From Candidatus Bathyarchaeota archaeon (GTDB lineage Archaea > Thermoproteota > Bathyarchaeia > Bathyarchaeales > Bathycorpusculaceae), in contig CAWEPZ010000003.1 in assembly GCA_963811105.1 (NCBI GenBank), forward strand, positions 63,957-127,956: a DNA stretch of 64,000 nucleotides, in the 5' to 3' direction. Both the position numbers and the translations under genes were made by a program. Positions 30,440 through 40,700 of the stretch are shown one piece after another. A model generated the notes under the pieces. That model was given only the letters and a program-made list of their open reading frames with translations, ran no database searches and was not told where the DNA came from. Position 1 is the stretch's first letter; the number at the start of each line of letters is the position of its first letter.

Positions 30440-32983
30440 ATGAAAAAAACAATAAAAACATCAGCGATTCTATTGCTTCTGATTCTAACTATTGGATTAC
30501 CTTTCTTTCCTTTCATTAATACAACAAAAGCTGCTAATACATATTATACCTATATCTACGTTGACCCAAACCCGATAGGCATCGGTCAGAGGGTGAACGT
30601 TGGATGGGGATTTACAATGCCTACGAGTGATCCAAATTACTATATGGGCTGGATGTTGACAATCACAAGCCCCAGCGGTGTGAACAAAACCTTAGGACCG
30701 TTCTCGTCTGACTCAACTGGAGGTACAGGGATAAGCTTTACCCCTGACGCTGTAGGAACATGGCTTTTCCAGGTGTACTACCCTGGAGGGAACGTAACTT
30801 ATCCTGCCAAGCCGCCTTATGGGGTGACGACTTACAATGTTCCGCCAGCCTACTCGACGTACGCTAACCTTACTGTTGACACAACAACATACTTATCTTT
30901 CCCTCCGACAAACGCGCTTCCAACCACGTACTGGCAGTATCCAGTATACGGTGATAATGCACAATGGTACAATATTTCAAGCAACTGGTTAATGGCCGGC
31001 TACGACACACAACGAAAGTACTCATCCGCAGTTAGCGGCGTTTTTGACCCATATACCACAGTTCCAACAAGTGCTCACATACTGTGGACAGAACCTTGGA
31101 CGTTCGGTGGCGTCGCTTCATACAATACATTTACTGATACGGGACTTACAAAATCCTCAAGCGGTATCGAAACCTACTACACAGGATCCAGTTACAGAGA
31201 AGAAGTAACCCCGCCTATAATCATTAACGGAAGACTCTACTACAACCAAGTTGACCCGCCGGCATACGGCTTCTACTGCGTAGACTTATACAATGGGCAA
31301 GAAATATGGTTCCGGAATCAGACTTTCAATAGCGGAACCGGCACCATCGTACAGGGCACCGCAGCACAGCTAACCTTAGGTCAAATACTCATACAAAACG
31401 ACGAGAACCAAAACGGAGCCCAAGCCTACTTGTGGGCCGCCAGCGGTACTACTTGGGCAAGATTTGATGCATACTCAGGAAACCTGCTAAATACAATTGT
31501 AAACGCAACTGCCATCTCAACAGGCAATGCCAACAACGGAGTAACTTATGGTCCATCAGGAGAAATTTTAGCCTACTACTTCACGGCGCGAAATGCCACT
31601 GCAGGGTATTTAGCCTTGTGGAACTCCACCAAGTGCGGCTTAACCGCAACATACACTCAAACGCAACAGTTAAACATTCCTTGGAAAAACGGAATACAAT
31701 GGAACGTGACAGTACTCGCATGCCCTAACGAGGGCAGCACTAATGGGGATTGCACTTGGGATCCCAAAAGTCTAACGGCGATCATCATCAGCAACCAGAC
31801 TAACGGAAATCCGCTTGTTTCTGGCACGTTCGAAGACATAGCCTACAGCATGGTTGACGGACATGTACTATGGGACAAGGTTAGAAATACTGATGGAAGC
31901 ACTTGGGAAGGTTTTCTTTACAACAGCAGGTCAGTGGGCAATAACATCTACACGATTTACAGAAAAGAAACAAGGCAACTATACGCTTTTGACGTCACAA
32001 CAGGGAACCAAATGTGGGTGAGTGAACCGCGACCGAATCCGTTGGGCGCTTTCGGCTTTGGTATTGTGGTTGCCTACGGCAACGTTTACCAAGAAGCCGA
32101 CGATGGAATGGTATATGCTTACGACCAACAAACTGGAAAAACGGTGTGGAGTTTCTACGATGCTTCGGTGAACCCTAGTGGCTTAGAAGTGCCTGCTGGC
32201 CAATATCCATTATACGGCGCCATGGTTGTTGCTGACGGAATGCTCCTTGTTGAGAATCATGAGCACAGTGAGCAATCACCATTATTCCGAGGAGAAGCTA
32301 TGTATGCTATCAACGCAAGCACCGGTCAGCTAATTTGGCAGGTAAAAGGACAATACAAGCAAGTGAGTATTGCAGGAGGCATTCTCGTAGCACCAAACCT
32401 TGTGGATGGACAAATATACGCTTTTGGCATGGGACCGAGCAAAACTACCGTTAATGCACCTAGTGTTGGCGTTACAACCTCTACACCGATAACGATAAGC
32501 GGATCAGTCACGGATATCTCTGCAGGTTCACAGCAACAAGCAGTAGCAGCGAATTTCCCCAACGGCTTACCATGCGTTTCTGACGATAGCATGAGCCAGT
32601 GGATGCAGTACGTTTACCAGCAGCAGCCAATTCCAAACAACGCAACCGGAGTTCCAGTTACCATAAGCATCCTTGACTCTAACGGCAACAACAGGCAAAT
32701 CGGCAATACTACAAGTGATGCTAGCGGCATGTTTAGCTTCCAATGGACTCCTGACATCCCAGGCAAGGCCACCGTCATTGCTTCGTTTGCAGGTTCACAA
32801 TCATACTATGGATCTTCTGCTGAGGCAGCCTTTACTGCTAGCGTTGCACCAACAATAACACCGACCTCTGCACCTTCAAGCCTTACAACCACATCAGACC
32901 TAATGACCTACTTAGCCGTTGCAACACTCATCATAGTCATTGCCGTAGCAATAGTCGGTTTGCTTCTGTTTAGGAAAAAATAA
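30440..32983 (+). CDS. PQQ-like beta-propeller surface protein, membrane anchored
   Basis: Signal peptide, PNPIGIGQ, repeated ..TG...W blades, PCVSDDSM, C-terminal TM plus RKK. Confidence 0.88.
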   Translation: MKKTIKTSAILLLLILTIGLPFFPFINTTKAANTYYTYIYVDPNPIGIGQRVNVGWGFTMPTSDPNYYMGWMLTITSPSGVNKTLGPFSSDSTGGTGISFTPDAVGTWLFQVYYPGGNVTYPAKPPYGVTTYNVPPAYSTYANLTVDTTTYLSFPPTNALPTTYWQYPVYGDNAQWYNISSNWLMAGYDTQRKYSSAVSGVFDPYTTVPTSAHILWTEPWTFGGVASYNTFTDTGLTKSSSGIETYYTGSSYREEVTPPIIINGRLYYNQVDPPAYGFYCVDLYNGQEIWFRNQTFNSGTGTIVQGTAAQLTLGQILIQNDENQNGAQAYLWAASGTTWARFDAYSGNLLNTIVNATAISTGNANNGVTYGPSGEILAYYFTARNATAGYLALWNSTKCGLTATYTQTQQLNIPWKNGIQWNVTVLACPNEGSTNGDCTWDPKSLTAIIISNQTNGNPLVSGTFEDIAYSMVDGHVLWDKVRNTDGSTWEGFLYNSRSVGNNIYTIYRKETRQLYAFDVTTGNQMWVSEPRPNPLGAFGFGIVVAYGNVYQEADDGMVYAYDQQTGKTVWSFYDASVNPSGLEVPAGQYPLYGAMVVADGMLLVENHEHSEQSPLFRGEAMYAINASTGQLIWQVKGQYKQVSIAGGILVAPNLVDGQIYAFGMGPSKTTVNAPSVGVTTSTPITISGSVTDISAGSQQQAVAANFPNGLPCVSDDSMSQWMQYVYQQQPIPNNATGVPVTISILDSNGNNRQIGNTTSDASGMFSFQWTPDIPGKATVIASFAGSQSYYGSSAEAAFTASVAPTITPTSAPSSLTTTSDLMTYLAVATLIIVIAVAIVGLLLFRKK

Positions 32984-33423
32984 AACGGCAAAACCACAAT
33001 AAACCCTATTTTCTTATTTTTTTGATGAATTGGAGGGCTGAAAAGGTTTGAAATTAAATCAAACTATTATGGTGGTCTCAAACTTTTCATAAATGATGAA
33101 TTAATCATAAGAAATATTGCGATTGCAGAACAGAGCCCTTGCTTGCGAGAAGGTTGCCTTTTAGTTTGGAATTTGCAGTTCAATTTCGTTACTTAGCCGC
33201 ATATTTTGTGTTATCTTTCTGTTTCTTGTTAGCCGTGGCTTCTGCTTTTGTGAGAATGTACCGCCCAAAGCATTCCTTGCAATAACATGTATTGTTTTGA
33301 TGTGAAAGTTTTCGACCGCAACTACCCTTGCAGACTTTTGGCACTAAAACCCTCCAGACTTCGGCTTACTATGTACTGTAGGGTTACGCTTAGGCGTCGT
33401 TTGCTGTTGCTCTTGGTTAGTTC

Positions 33424-33860
33424 TTAGTTAATTCTAGTGTCTTCGCTTCCAGCTGTGCCATGCCCAACACGCTTCACACGCCAGTTACCCAAGTTGCCTC
33501 GGACAAGCAGAGGATTCGAAGTAACCAGATAGAACGGCAAGTTGATTTGGGAAGCATAGAGCTCAGCGACGAAGTTAAGTAGCCGTTTGCCTAAGCCTAC
33601 GCTTTGGTAATCTGGCAAAACAACAAGACGACTGACCCTGAAGTAATTCGACTTCATTCTTGTGTGAACCACCACAATGAAGGCAACGGGTTCCTGGCTG
33701 TAGAAGGCGGCATAACATCGCACGCCGGCACCGAGTTTCCCGTTCAAATAATGATATTGCCGAAAACTTTTCCACATTGTATTGTTGCACATGCGGACCT
33801 CGAACTCAATTGCTGGACGGGTTCTTTTTTTTATTAAACTCCATCGTGTCGGTGTTGTAA
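33424..33860 (-). pseudogene. GNAT acetyltransferase domain preceded by the tail of an ABC-type ATPase
   Basis: W..F..YHYL, SRLVVLPDYQ.VGLG; upstream IYNTDTMEF in another frame across an A8 run. Confidence 0.7.
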
Positions 33861-34029
33861 ATGAATCCTTGAGTCGAAATATATCTCACAAAGACAGAGC
33901 GCCCAAACCAGGTGAACTATCCGTAATGCTATATAGAGCCGCTATTCGAGGAAGCTTTGTCATCGCAGGCATAGCAACAGGAGGCTTTAGAGAAGGCGCC
34001 TTTGCTCTTGCCTTTGCACAAATCGGCTA

Positions 34030-34130
34030 AGTGCTATTCAGAGGAATGCAGTACCAAATAGAATGGATTCCAGAGAAGAAAATGAAGACGCTGATCGGTT
34101 GACACATCTTGCTTATAAAAAGTCTCTAAA
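34030..34130 (+). pseudogene. RNase HI-like C-terminal remnant
   Basis: IEWIP(R)EENEDADRL..LAY after a 1-bp correction. Confidence 0.45.
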
Positions 34131-34197
34131 AAGCAGGGCTAAAAAATGTTACGCGTCAAATGTTCTTTATTCGGTAATACTATAACAGAAACTAAAA

Positions 34198-35640
34198 TTA
34201 TGCTAGCTCACGGGTTATTCTGTAAACTTCGAACATTGGCTGGTAGATTATGCCTTTATTTAAACAATCAGTGATTAACTGTTCAGTGTCAGAGGGTTTA
34301 GTTTTCGCTTCTTTAATAATATCTGACTTTTTCGCACCGTATTCTCCGGTTGAATGATATTTTCTGATTATTCTTATAATATCGCGATATTTCACATTTA
34401 GTGAAGCTAATTCTTCTTTACCTGAAATGGGACTGGCAAGCAAATCTGCCCAAATATCGTAGAGATATTCAAAGTTCCACTTGAAAAACTCATTAAAGAC
34501 CTTGGACACTACATCGGGATCAACAACGCTGATGTCATTCGCTCTTGCATATGCTAAGCATTCTCGAAAAACTGAAGAGGGCCTTGAGTTGTAACTAGCG
34601 TTTAAGAAACCATGATTAGTCAATTGTGTCGAGTCCAATCCATAACTATCAACCAGCTTTTCTAATTCAGTGACAATCTTTCCTTGGGATATTTGTAGAT
34701 CTTCCATAACGGGTGCTTTCATGTGACTAACTAGCATAAATTTGAGTGCATCAAACTGATCGATACCTGATCTTGAACGGTTAATTGAAGTGTCCTCAGG
34801 AATTACTGTTGGTACATCGCTTAGACTGCACGGGGGGTCTTCAATCGAGACAGGCCTATTGTTTTTGCTATACATTGACATCGAAATTTCCAAGTCTTGT
34901 CCGGTTGACCTCGAACTTTTATGTTCGAGCAAATTTTCTGTAATTTTTGTCAGCGGTTTATCGGCGTCTTCAGAGACAAAACCATATTTGTATCTCATAG
35001 CAAATTGTCCAAACCCGGTTTCTACTTTATGGATTATAGCCATGTCTGGAGGTATTATCTTTTTTAGTTCACGAACAACTTTAATCGGTAGCCCCAATTT
35101 GGTTGAATCATACAACGTGAGATTTATCCCTCCCGAATTTTCAAGAAATGCCGGTGAGCTAATCACAGAGAACGCCAAAAAATCCCTTATTTGCGGTTCC
35201 AAAGCTTCAACTCTAGAAGTTAAACCCAATTTGAAATCTCGGTAACTGAGATTTAGTTTCGGAGTCTCAAAAGCAGGTTTAGCATTTATCCAGTCATATA
35301 CTTCGATAGCCAAATCGCCCCTAAAACGCCTGGACGTCTCAGATATTTTTCGGAGTCTTTCAAATTTAGCAAGCCCTGAAACAGTAACATATGTATTCTC
35401 AACCGGGTTCGTATCAGTGCAGTTTATGCAAACAACATATGTCTGATTAGAAAAGAGTGTTGGTACTAACGCAAAAATATTATTTCCAATCCATTTTACA
35501 TGTCCGCTTACTGAAGCTTTCTCGTTTGCTTTTATGTTTGAGTATTCATTGATTCTTTCCGTTTCAAAAGGCAGCCACAGCGCTCCAGATTCACGTTGCC
35601 AAAGCTTTAGATTGAAATACTTTGAGGATGATGCCGACAT
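34198..35640 (-). CDS. Degenerate MCM-like protein (OB fold, eroded AAA+, winged helix)
   Basis: Segments resembling the MCM pre-Walker A strand, sensor-2 helix (FRECLAYARA..VV) and C-terminal WH (GIIYQP..Y); no Walker A lysine motif. Confidence 0.5.
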   Translation of the reverse strand: MSASSSKYFNLKLWQRESGALWLPFETERINEYSNIKANEKASVSGHVKWIGNNIFALVPTLFSNQTYVVCINCTDTNPVENTYVTVSGLAKFERLRKISETSRRFRGDLAIEVYDWINAKPAFETPKLNLSYRDFKLGLTSRVEALEPQIRDFLAFSVISSPAFLENSGGINLTLYDSTKLGLPIKVVRELKKIIPPDMAIIHKVETGFGQFAMRYKYGFVSEDADKPLTKITENLLEHKSSRSTGQDLEISMSMYSKNNRPVSIEDPPCSLSDVPTVIPEDTSINRSRSGIDQFDALKFMLVSHMKAPVMEDLQISQGKIVTELEKLVDSYGLDSTQLTNHGFLNASYNSRPSSVFRECLAYARANDISVVDPDVVSKVFNEFFKWNFEYLYDIWADLLASPISGKEELASLNVKYRDIIRIIRKYHSTGEYGAKKSDIIKEAKTKPSDTEQLITDCLNKGIIYQPMFEVYRITRELA

Positions 35641-36158
35641 AGGGTAAATATTCGCCGAGTTAGATTAAAGGTATCGATGTGATCCCTTAAAACATTTTAT
35701 TAAATTTGACTGTTTATTTCAAATTATCGTTTGTTCTTGCTCTATCAATTGGTATTATGTTCTGACGATGCATTGTCCGTGTTACTGGGACATGCGATGG
35801 CCTCTTATTGATTAAGTTGAATCTTTTTGCTCCGCAGTCTCCAAGGGGAAATAATTATTCCATGTCTGCAGAATTCTGGGAAAGTTGATTATTCATCTAA
35901 TTGGATAAACCATCTGTCTATCTCAGTAAAGCTTCACCTTAGTGGTTATTGACTAAAAAAAGGGCACATAGTAACCCAATATGCATTTGTCAATATACAC
36001 GATTTGTTGCCAAACTTATACAACAAAAACAGCCCCTTACCCTTTTCCTTATGGGCGGACGAGCCACTACATAATAATATGTAACTAAGTACATACCACC
36101 TGAGTCGTTATATGATCCTGCGACTTGCTCTTTTTAGGGCGGCATGACAGTAACTCAG

Positions 36159-37101
36159 CTAACTGTTCCTTTCACTTTCAGGCAAACCCTCTATTACCTT
36201 TTTTAGAAAAGCCATCAGTTTTTCAATGAACTTGTAAAAGTCATTCTCATCGATTTCCTTTAACAGAAGTCCTTTCTCTTCACCCCAGTTGAATGGCGCT
36301 GAAAGAACAGTTTGTTTTTTCGCCTCTAAGTTCTGGCGGTACCTTTCATAGAGATCAAGCGTAAATTGAGTCTTTTCTAATACTCAAACATAAATGTCAT
36401 CTAATGAAATTTCGAATTGCTTTTCAATCAGGTAAACATCAAGGAAGTCTCTCGCTTTTTGTGCCTTGACGAGTAAGTATCGCTCGAATTTTCTCCGCTA
36501 AAATCTCATAGTAATCGTAAACGTCAAAAGCTATTTTCATGGTGTATTCTTGGTATTCTGGGTATAACAAAACAAGCTCTTTGGTGTCCTCTGAAATTAG
36601 GCTTTTCAGCTCGCCGCTTTTGAAGGGATAGCATATTTTTTCTACAAAGTTCATTTGAACTTTAAGAAAGATCTTGCGACCAAGAACTTCAGATAGGTAC
36701 CAAACCTTAAACGTGCAGATTTTATCTCCACCAGTTAACTCAACATAATCTCTGTTCTCTTTTAGACATCTGAAATCCAAACCACGCACTTTAGCCATAT
36801 CTTCAAAAATTTGCCCAATATTATCAATGACCTGCGAAAGATACCGTCTAACTTCTTTCTGAGATTTTCCCTCAAAAACAGTCTGATCTTTCCATGTGAA
36901 ATCAATATCTTCAGAGAATCTGAAGTAATCGAGATAGCATTTGGCAAGACAGGTTCCGCCTTTGAAAGCAAAATTGTCATAGAAGAAATTGTTTTTCGAG
37001 AGGTCAAAGAGCACTTGGTGCAGGATGAGGTCTTTCTCTATCAGGTCTGCTCTCTTGACATTCTGAGTTTTGGCTACTTCATTTACGAAGTCTTTTCTCA
37101 T
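36159..37101 (-). pseudogene. AbiEii nucleotidyltransferase toxin (type IV TA); frameshift plus nonsense codon
   Basis: FKGGTCL.K, RFSEDIDF, AEKIRA..TR; frameshift near 36458 before ARDFLD; TGA near 36385. Confidence 0.85.
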
Positions 37102-37733
37102 CTAATCACCATTTCAACGATTTCCTGAACCGTTTTTGGATAGTTGACTGCGTATTTTTTGGTTTTTTCGCCTGATATGCCCTTAGCCCACTCTGAAACA
37201 TCAAGGGCTATCTTTTCCTTAGGAACCCCATTATACCGCCATGTATAAATAAAATCTAGAATGGTTTTTTCAGGATCCGAGTACCTGAGGTTGTCTTCGA
37301 TAACCCCGAATTTCAGTAGCTTGGGTGCCAGCTTGATGAATCTGTACTTGCACCCTGCTATGTTAATGGGTTTAGACCTGAACAGTCTGTCGTTGACGAC
37401 GTAGTCGATAGCAAAGGACTCGTGCGTCATGTTGTTAAATTTTAGGGCTGTGTATAATCCGAAGTACCACTTCTTGACGTCTTTGAGTTCAAGACCTTTG
37501 GCAACAAGCTCTAGATTGCTATATTTGAACTTGCCAAGATTTGCTTCATCTAAGGATTTTACGTAGAATATTCCCTTAAAAATCCGGATTAAATAGCCTC
37601 GGTAAACAAAATATCTGATGGTTTTCTCGTAATTTAGGCTCATCAATTTGCAGTAGCGTTTAAGCTCCTCTGAAGTGGTGAATTCCTTGTTGTCTAGTCG
37701 GAGCTTTTTGAGCAGCAAAGTTGACTTTATCAT
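37098..37733 (-). CDS. AbiEi-type antitoxin (wHTH)
   Basis: LIRIFKGIFY, YSDPEKTILD; 4-bp overlap with abiEii. Confidence 0.8.
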   Translation of the reverse strand: MIKSTLLLKKLRLDNKEFTTSEELKRYCKLMSLNYEKTIRYFVYRGYLIRIFKGIFYVKSLDEANLGKFKYSNLELVAKGLELKDVKKWYFGLYTALKFNNMTHESFAIDYVVNDRLFRSKPINIAGCKYRFIKLAPKLLKFGVIEDNLRYSDPEKTILDFIYTWRYNGVPKEKIALDVSEWAKGISGEKTKKYAVNYPKTVQEIVEMVIR

Positions 37734-37849
37734 TCATATCACAATATTGTATTTTATGTAATGTTATGATATAAATCACAAAGTCACATTTAAGCTTAGC
37801 TAAACAACAAGACATGCTACTCGATAGAAAAACAAGTGAAAAAAGCCCT

Positions 37850-38115
37850 GCAGTGACTCAATCGAGAAGGGCGCAGAATTCATCCATAAGCCACTATTGA
37901 GCCCCGGATTCAATCAGTTTGGCAACTCGATATCGATATTTTTGGCCCTCGCTAAACTGATTATACGGCCTAAGGAACAAGAAAACGTCATTTAATCCAA
38001 CCTTGCAAAGGAGCTCCAAGGCCTCTTCAACCGTAGCGCCAATAGTATCAATCAACTGCTTATTTTCGTCCACTTGGACATCAGCCATATCAACAGCTTC
38101 AGAACCAAGATCCTC
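37850..38115 (-). pseudogene. ABC-type ATPase internal fragment
   Basis: GLND..LFLRPY.QFSEGQKYR signature, (W)LMDEF Walker B; two stop codons. Confidence 0.7.
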
Positions 38116-38143
38116 CCGGGTCTTAACTCGAGTATCAATGAAC

Positions 38144-38596
38144 TTATTTGGCCGGAGGGTTCGTGGATTTTTTTGTAAGATCCGAATACTTTTCCCTCCA
38201 TTCTAACAATTCAGCCTCAAGACCCCGATAATCAACGTACTCTGCCACGAGCTCCTGGTACACTTTCACGCCCATAATGATGGTGCGTAAACGAAAAACA
38301 CCAAGTTTATCCAATTTACCCGTTTCAAGCTGCTCCAAGGCGCCAACTAAGGTCTTGAGTTCTTCCTCAATTGAAGGCAACTCATCGGGCAAAACTAACT
38401 TCTCAAGGGTAGATGATGATGGCGTTGTTTTTTCACTCCCATCATCATCAACCAAGCCTAAGCGAGATGCTTTCAACCGTACAGCAACAAGGGTTTTACC
38501 CAGAATCTTTGTAATAGACCGCATGGACTTTTTTTCTTCTAAGAGCTCTCGAAGCTACCGTTCATCTTCAACAGTCCAAGGTTTACCCTTCGCCAT
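38144..38596 (-). pseudogene. Myb/HTH-like viral protein, copy 2 (nonsense codon)
   Basis: Paralog of 27348-27799; TAG at codon 14. Confidence 0.65.
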
Positions 38597-38756
38597 TAAG
38601 GTCTTCCTGTCCTGCTGCAGACTCAGGCTATTGGTTTTCCGCTGATAATTCTGTTCCAGCTGTTCCAGGTGTTCCAGGTTTTCTGAGAAACTATTTTAGG
38701 GTTCAATGTTTTTTCCCTACAAATAGTCCGATTATGATTCCGACTAGGCCTGAGAT

Positions 38757-39162
38757 AGTTGCGAAAATCTCGCTGTTCCAACCTGAAGGTGTCTGCGCGA
38801 ACCTGGACTTGGGCTACAAGGGAGTGAAGAACGATTATCCTAACTTCAACTGTAAGGTGCCCTTCAAGAGGCGAAGCCTGGGAAGAGGCAAACGCAGAGT
38901 GGAGGCGCAAGAGCTCACGCCTGAGCAGAAAGCCTTCAACAAGACGCTTTCAAGTGACAGAATCGTCGTGGAGCATGACTTTTCGAGGCTGAAAAAGTTC
39001 CATATTTAGGCTGATGAGTTTCGAAACCGTTTCAAACATTACGATATGATGACAGATCTTGTGTGTGGGTTGCTTAACTTCAGGATAATGGGAACAATAT
39101 TCGTCTAGCACCGATCGAAAAACAAACAGGCGACTCAGAAAAATAATAGAGACTAAGGTCTA
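38757..39162 (+). mobile_element. IS5-family (DDE_Tnp_4-like) transposase 3' remnant with right end
   Basis: DLGYKG, QKAFNK.LS.DRIVVEH..SRLKKF; internal TAG; ends ...GACTAAGGTCTA. Confidence 0.75.
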
Positions 39163-39321
39163 GTTAAAATACTGGAAAGAAAACTCGCTAAATAAAAAAG
39201 AGCCCCAAATAAATCCCGTTAACTGTTTCAAAAATTTTATCTAAACAATAGAAAGTAGGTGTGCCGTCATCGTTCTCCATTAATCTGAGGTTGGCGAGCA
39301 CCTAAAGAGGACTATGCTTAT
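39161..39321 (+). repeat. Duplicate of the wecB 3' end plus repeat A (matches 40613-40773)
   Basis: TAGTTAA.ATACTGGAAAGA.AACTCGCTAAATAA...CTAAACAATAGAAAGTAG shared. Confidence 0.9.
39249..39321 (+). repeat. Repeat A copy 1 (core 39261-39305)
   Basis: GTGCCGTCATCGTTCTCC...GGTTGGCGAGCACCTAA. Confidence 0.95.
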
Positions 39322-39415
39322 TTATTTCGCTGGAAAATGTTAAGAATTCGCGGTCCTGGTTTTTTGGCAGGTCTGTTTTAATATATTGGATGGCTTAGTT
39401 TGGGTTGATTTGGTG

Positions 39416-39865
39416 ATGGCGTCAAAGAGGGGTGAGTCTGGTTTTATTTCTTTGGCTCTTTATGATCGGATAGTGCGGTTGATGCCTATTACTTCGGTTG
39501 AAGCTGTTATTGTGATTGATGGTTGTTTGCTTTTTTTGAGAAGGAAAAATGATCCTGCTGTGGGGCAGTGGTGGTTTGCGGGTGGAAGGATTCATAGGGG
39601 CGAGTCGTTTGAGGAGACGTTGCGCCGGGAAGTTAAGGAAGAAACTGGGCTTGAAATTGAGTCTTGTCGTTTTATTAAAGCATATTCAAGGGTTTTTCCC
39701 AAGCGACATGACATAACCATCGCTTATTTATGCAAATGTAAAAGAAGCAAAATAACGCTTGACAGTGAGCATTCAGAATACAAGCTTTTCAAGAAGATGC
39801 CAAAAGATTTACATCCCTATCTGCTTGAGACCATAAAAGATTCCCACTGGAAAAAACAGTTATAA
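39416..39865 (+). CDS. NUDIX hydrolase
   Basis: GGRIHRGESFEETLRREVKEETGL Nudix box; GGTGA SD. Confidence 0.92.
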   Translation: MASKRGESGFISLALYDRIVRLMPITSVEAVIVIDGCLLFLRRKNDPAVGQWWFAGGRIHRGESFEETLRREVKEETGLEIESCRFIKAYSRVFPKRHDITIAYLCKCKRSKITLDSEHSEYKLFKKMPKDLHPYLLETIKDSHWKKQL

Positions 39866-39921
39866 TTTGACCATCCTGCTTTTCAAAAAGGAACTCTCAA
39901 CGCTTAAAGTATTACGAGTAA

Positions 39922-39980
39922 GTTGTGCCGTCATCATTCTCCACTCATGTGGGGTTGGCGTGCGCCTAAAGTTGACTATG
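39922..39980 (+). repeat. Repeat A copy 2 (core 39925-39969)
   Basis: GTGCCGTCATCATTCTCC...GGGGTTGGCGTGCGCCTAA. Confidence 0.92.
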
Positions 39981-40229
39981 TATCGTGAGTTAGATTTTTT
40001 GGGTGTTGAAATTGGTGTGTTTTGTGAATGGTTTTTAGCCATTCAAGTTTCTCATTTTGAATCCTTATTTTGAACGGAACTTTCTGATTCGGTTTGTGTT
40101 CTGGAAAAGGAGGCTCGATTTTTTCTTCTTATTTCTTAATTTGAGCTGTATGATGATTCAAGTAACATGGTATCGTTGACTTGTTTACTTTCATTCTCGT
40201 TTTGTATGCTGGTAATAATTATCGTTATT

Positions 40230-40647
40230 ATGCAGAAAGTTCAGAGTGAATTTAAGCTTCCGTTGATTTATCCTAATTCATCCTAGGGCAAGAAAGCAAC
40301 TGGACGCATTCGGAATAGATTCTGGGGGCATTACGTTTGTTGAGCCTTTAGATTATTTGGCTTTCCTGCAGCTTGAGAGCAAAGCAAGACTTGTTTTAAC
40401 TGACTCGGGCGGGGTGCAAGAAGAAACCTGTATTCTGGGTGTTCCATGTGTTACGTTGAGGGATAATACTGAAAGGCCTGAAGCGGTGGATGTTGGCGCG
40501 AACGTTCTTGCCGGTACTGATCCTGAAAGAATTCTTGAGGCATCAAAAAAGACCCTTAATAGTAAGAAAAGTTGGACTAACCCATTTGGCGACGGTACAA
40601 CTGGTAAAAAAATAGTTAAGATACTGGAAAGAGAACTCGCTAAATAA
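40230..40647 (+). pseudogene. wecB: UDP-N-acetylglucosamine 2-epimerase 3' fragment
   Basis: HPR, TDSGGVQEE, PCVTLRDNTERPE, NPFGDG; most of the 5' part missing. Confidence 0.88.
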
Positions 40648-40700
40648 GAAAGAGCCAGAAATAAGTCCCGTTAACTGTTTCAAGAATTTTATCTAAACAA

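Noticed and set aside
33820-33836. Programmed -1 frameshift at A AAA AAG
   Set aside because: As sequenced, the GNAT frame is +1 relative to the ATPase tail; it would be -1 only if the A-run were one base longer.
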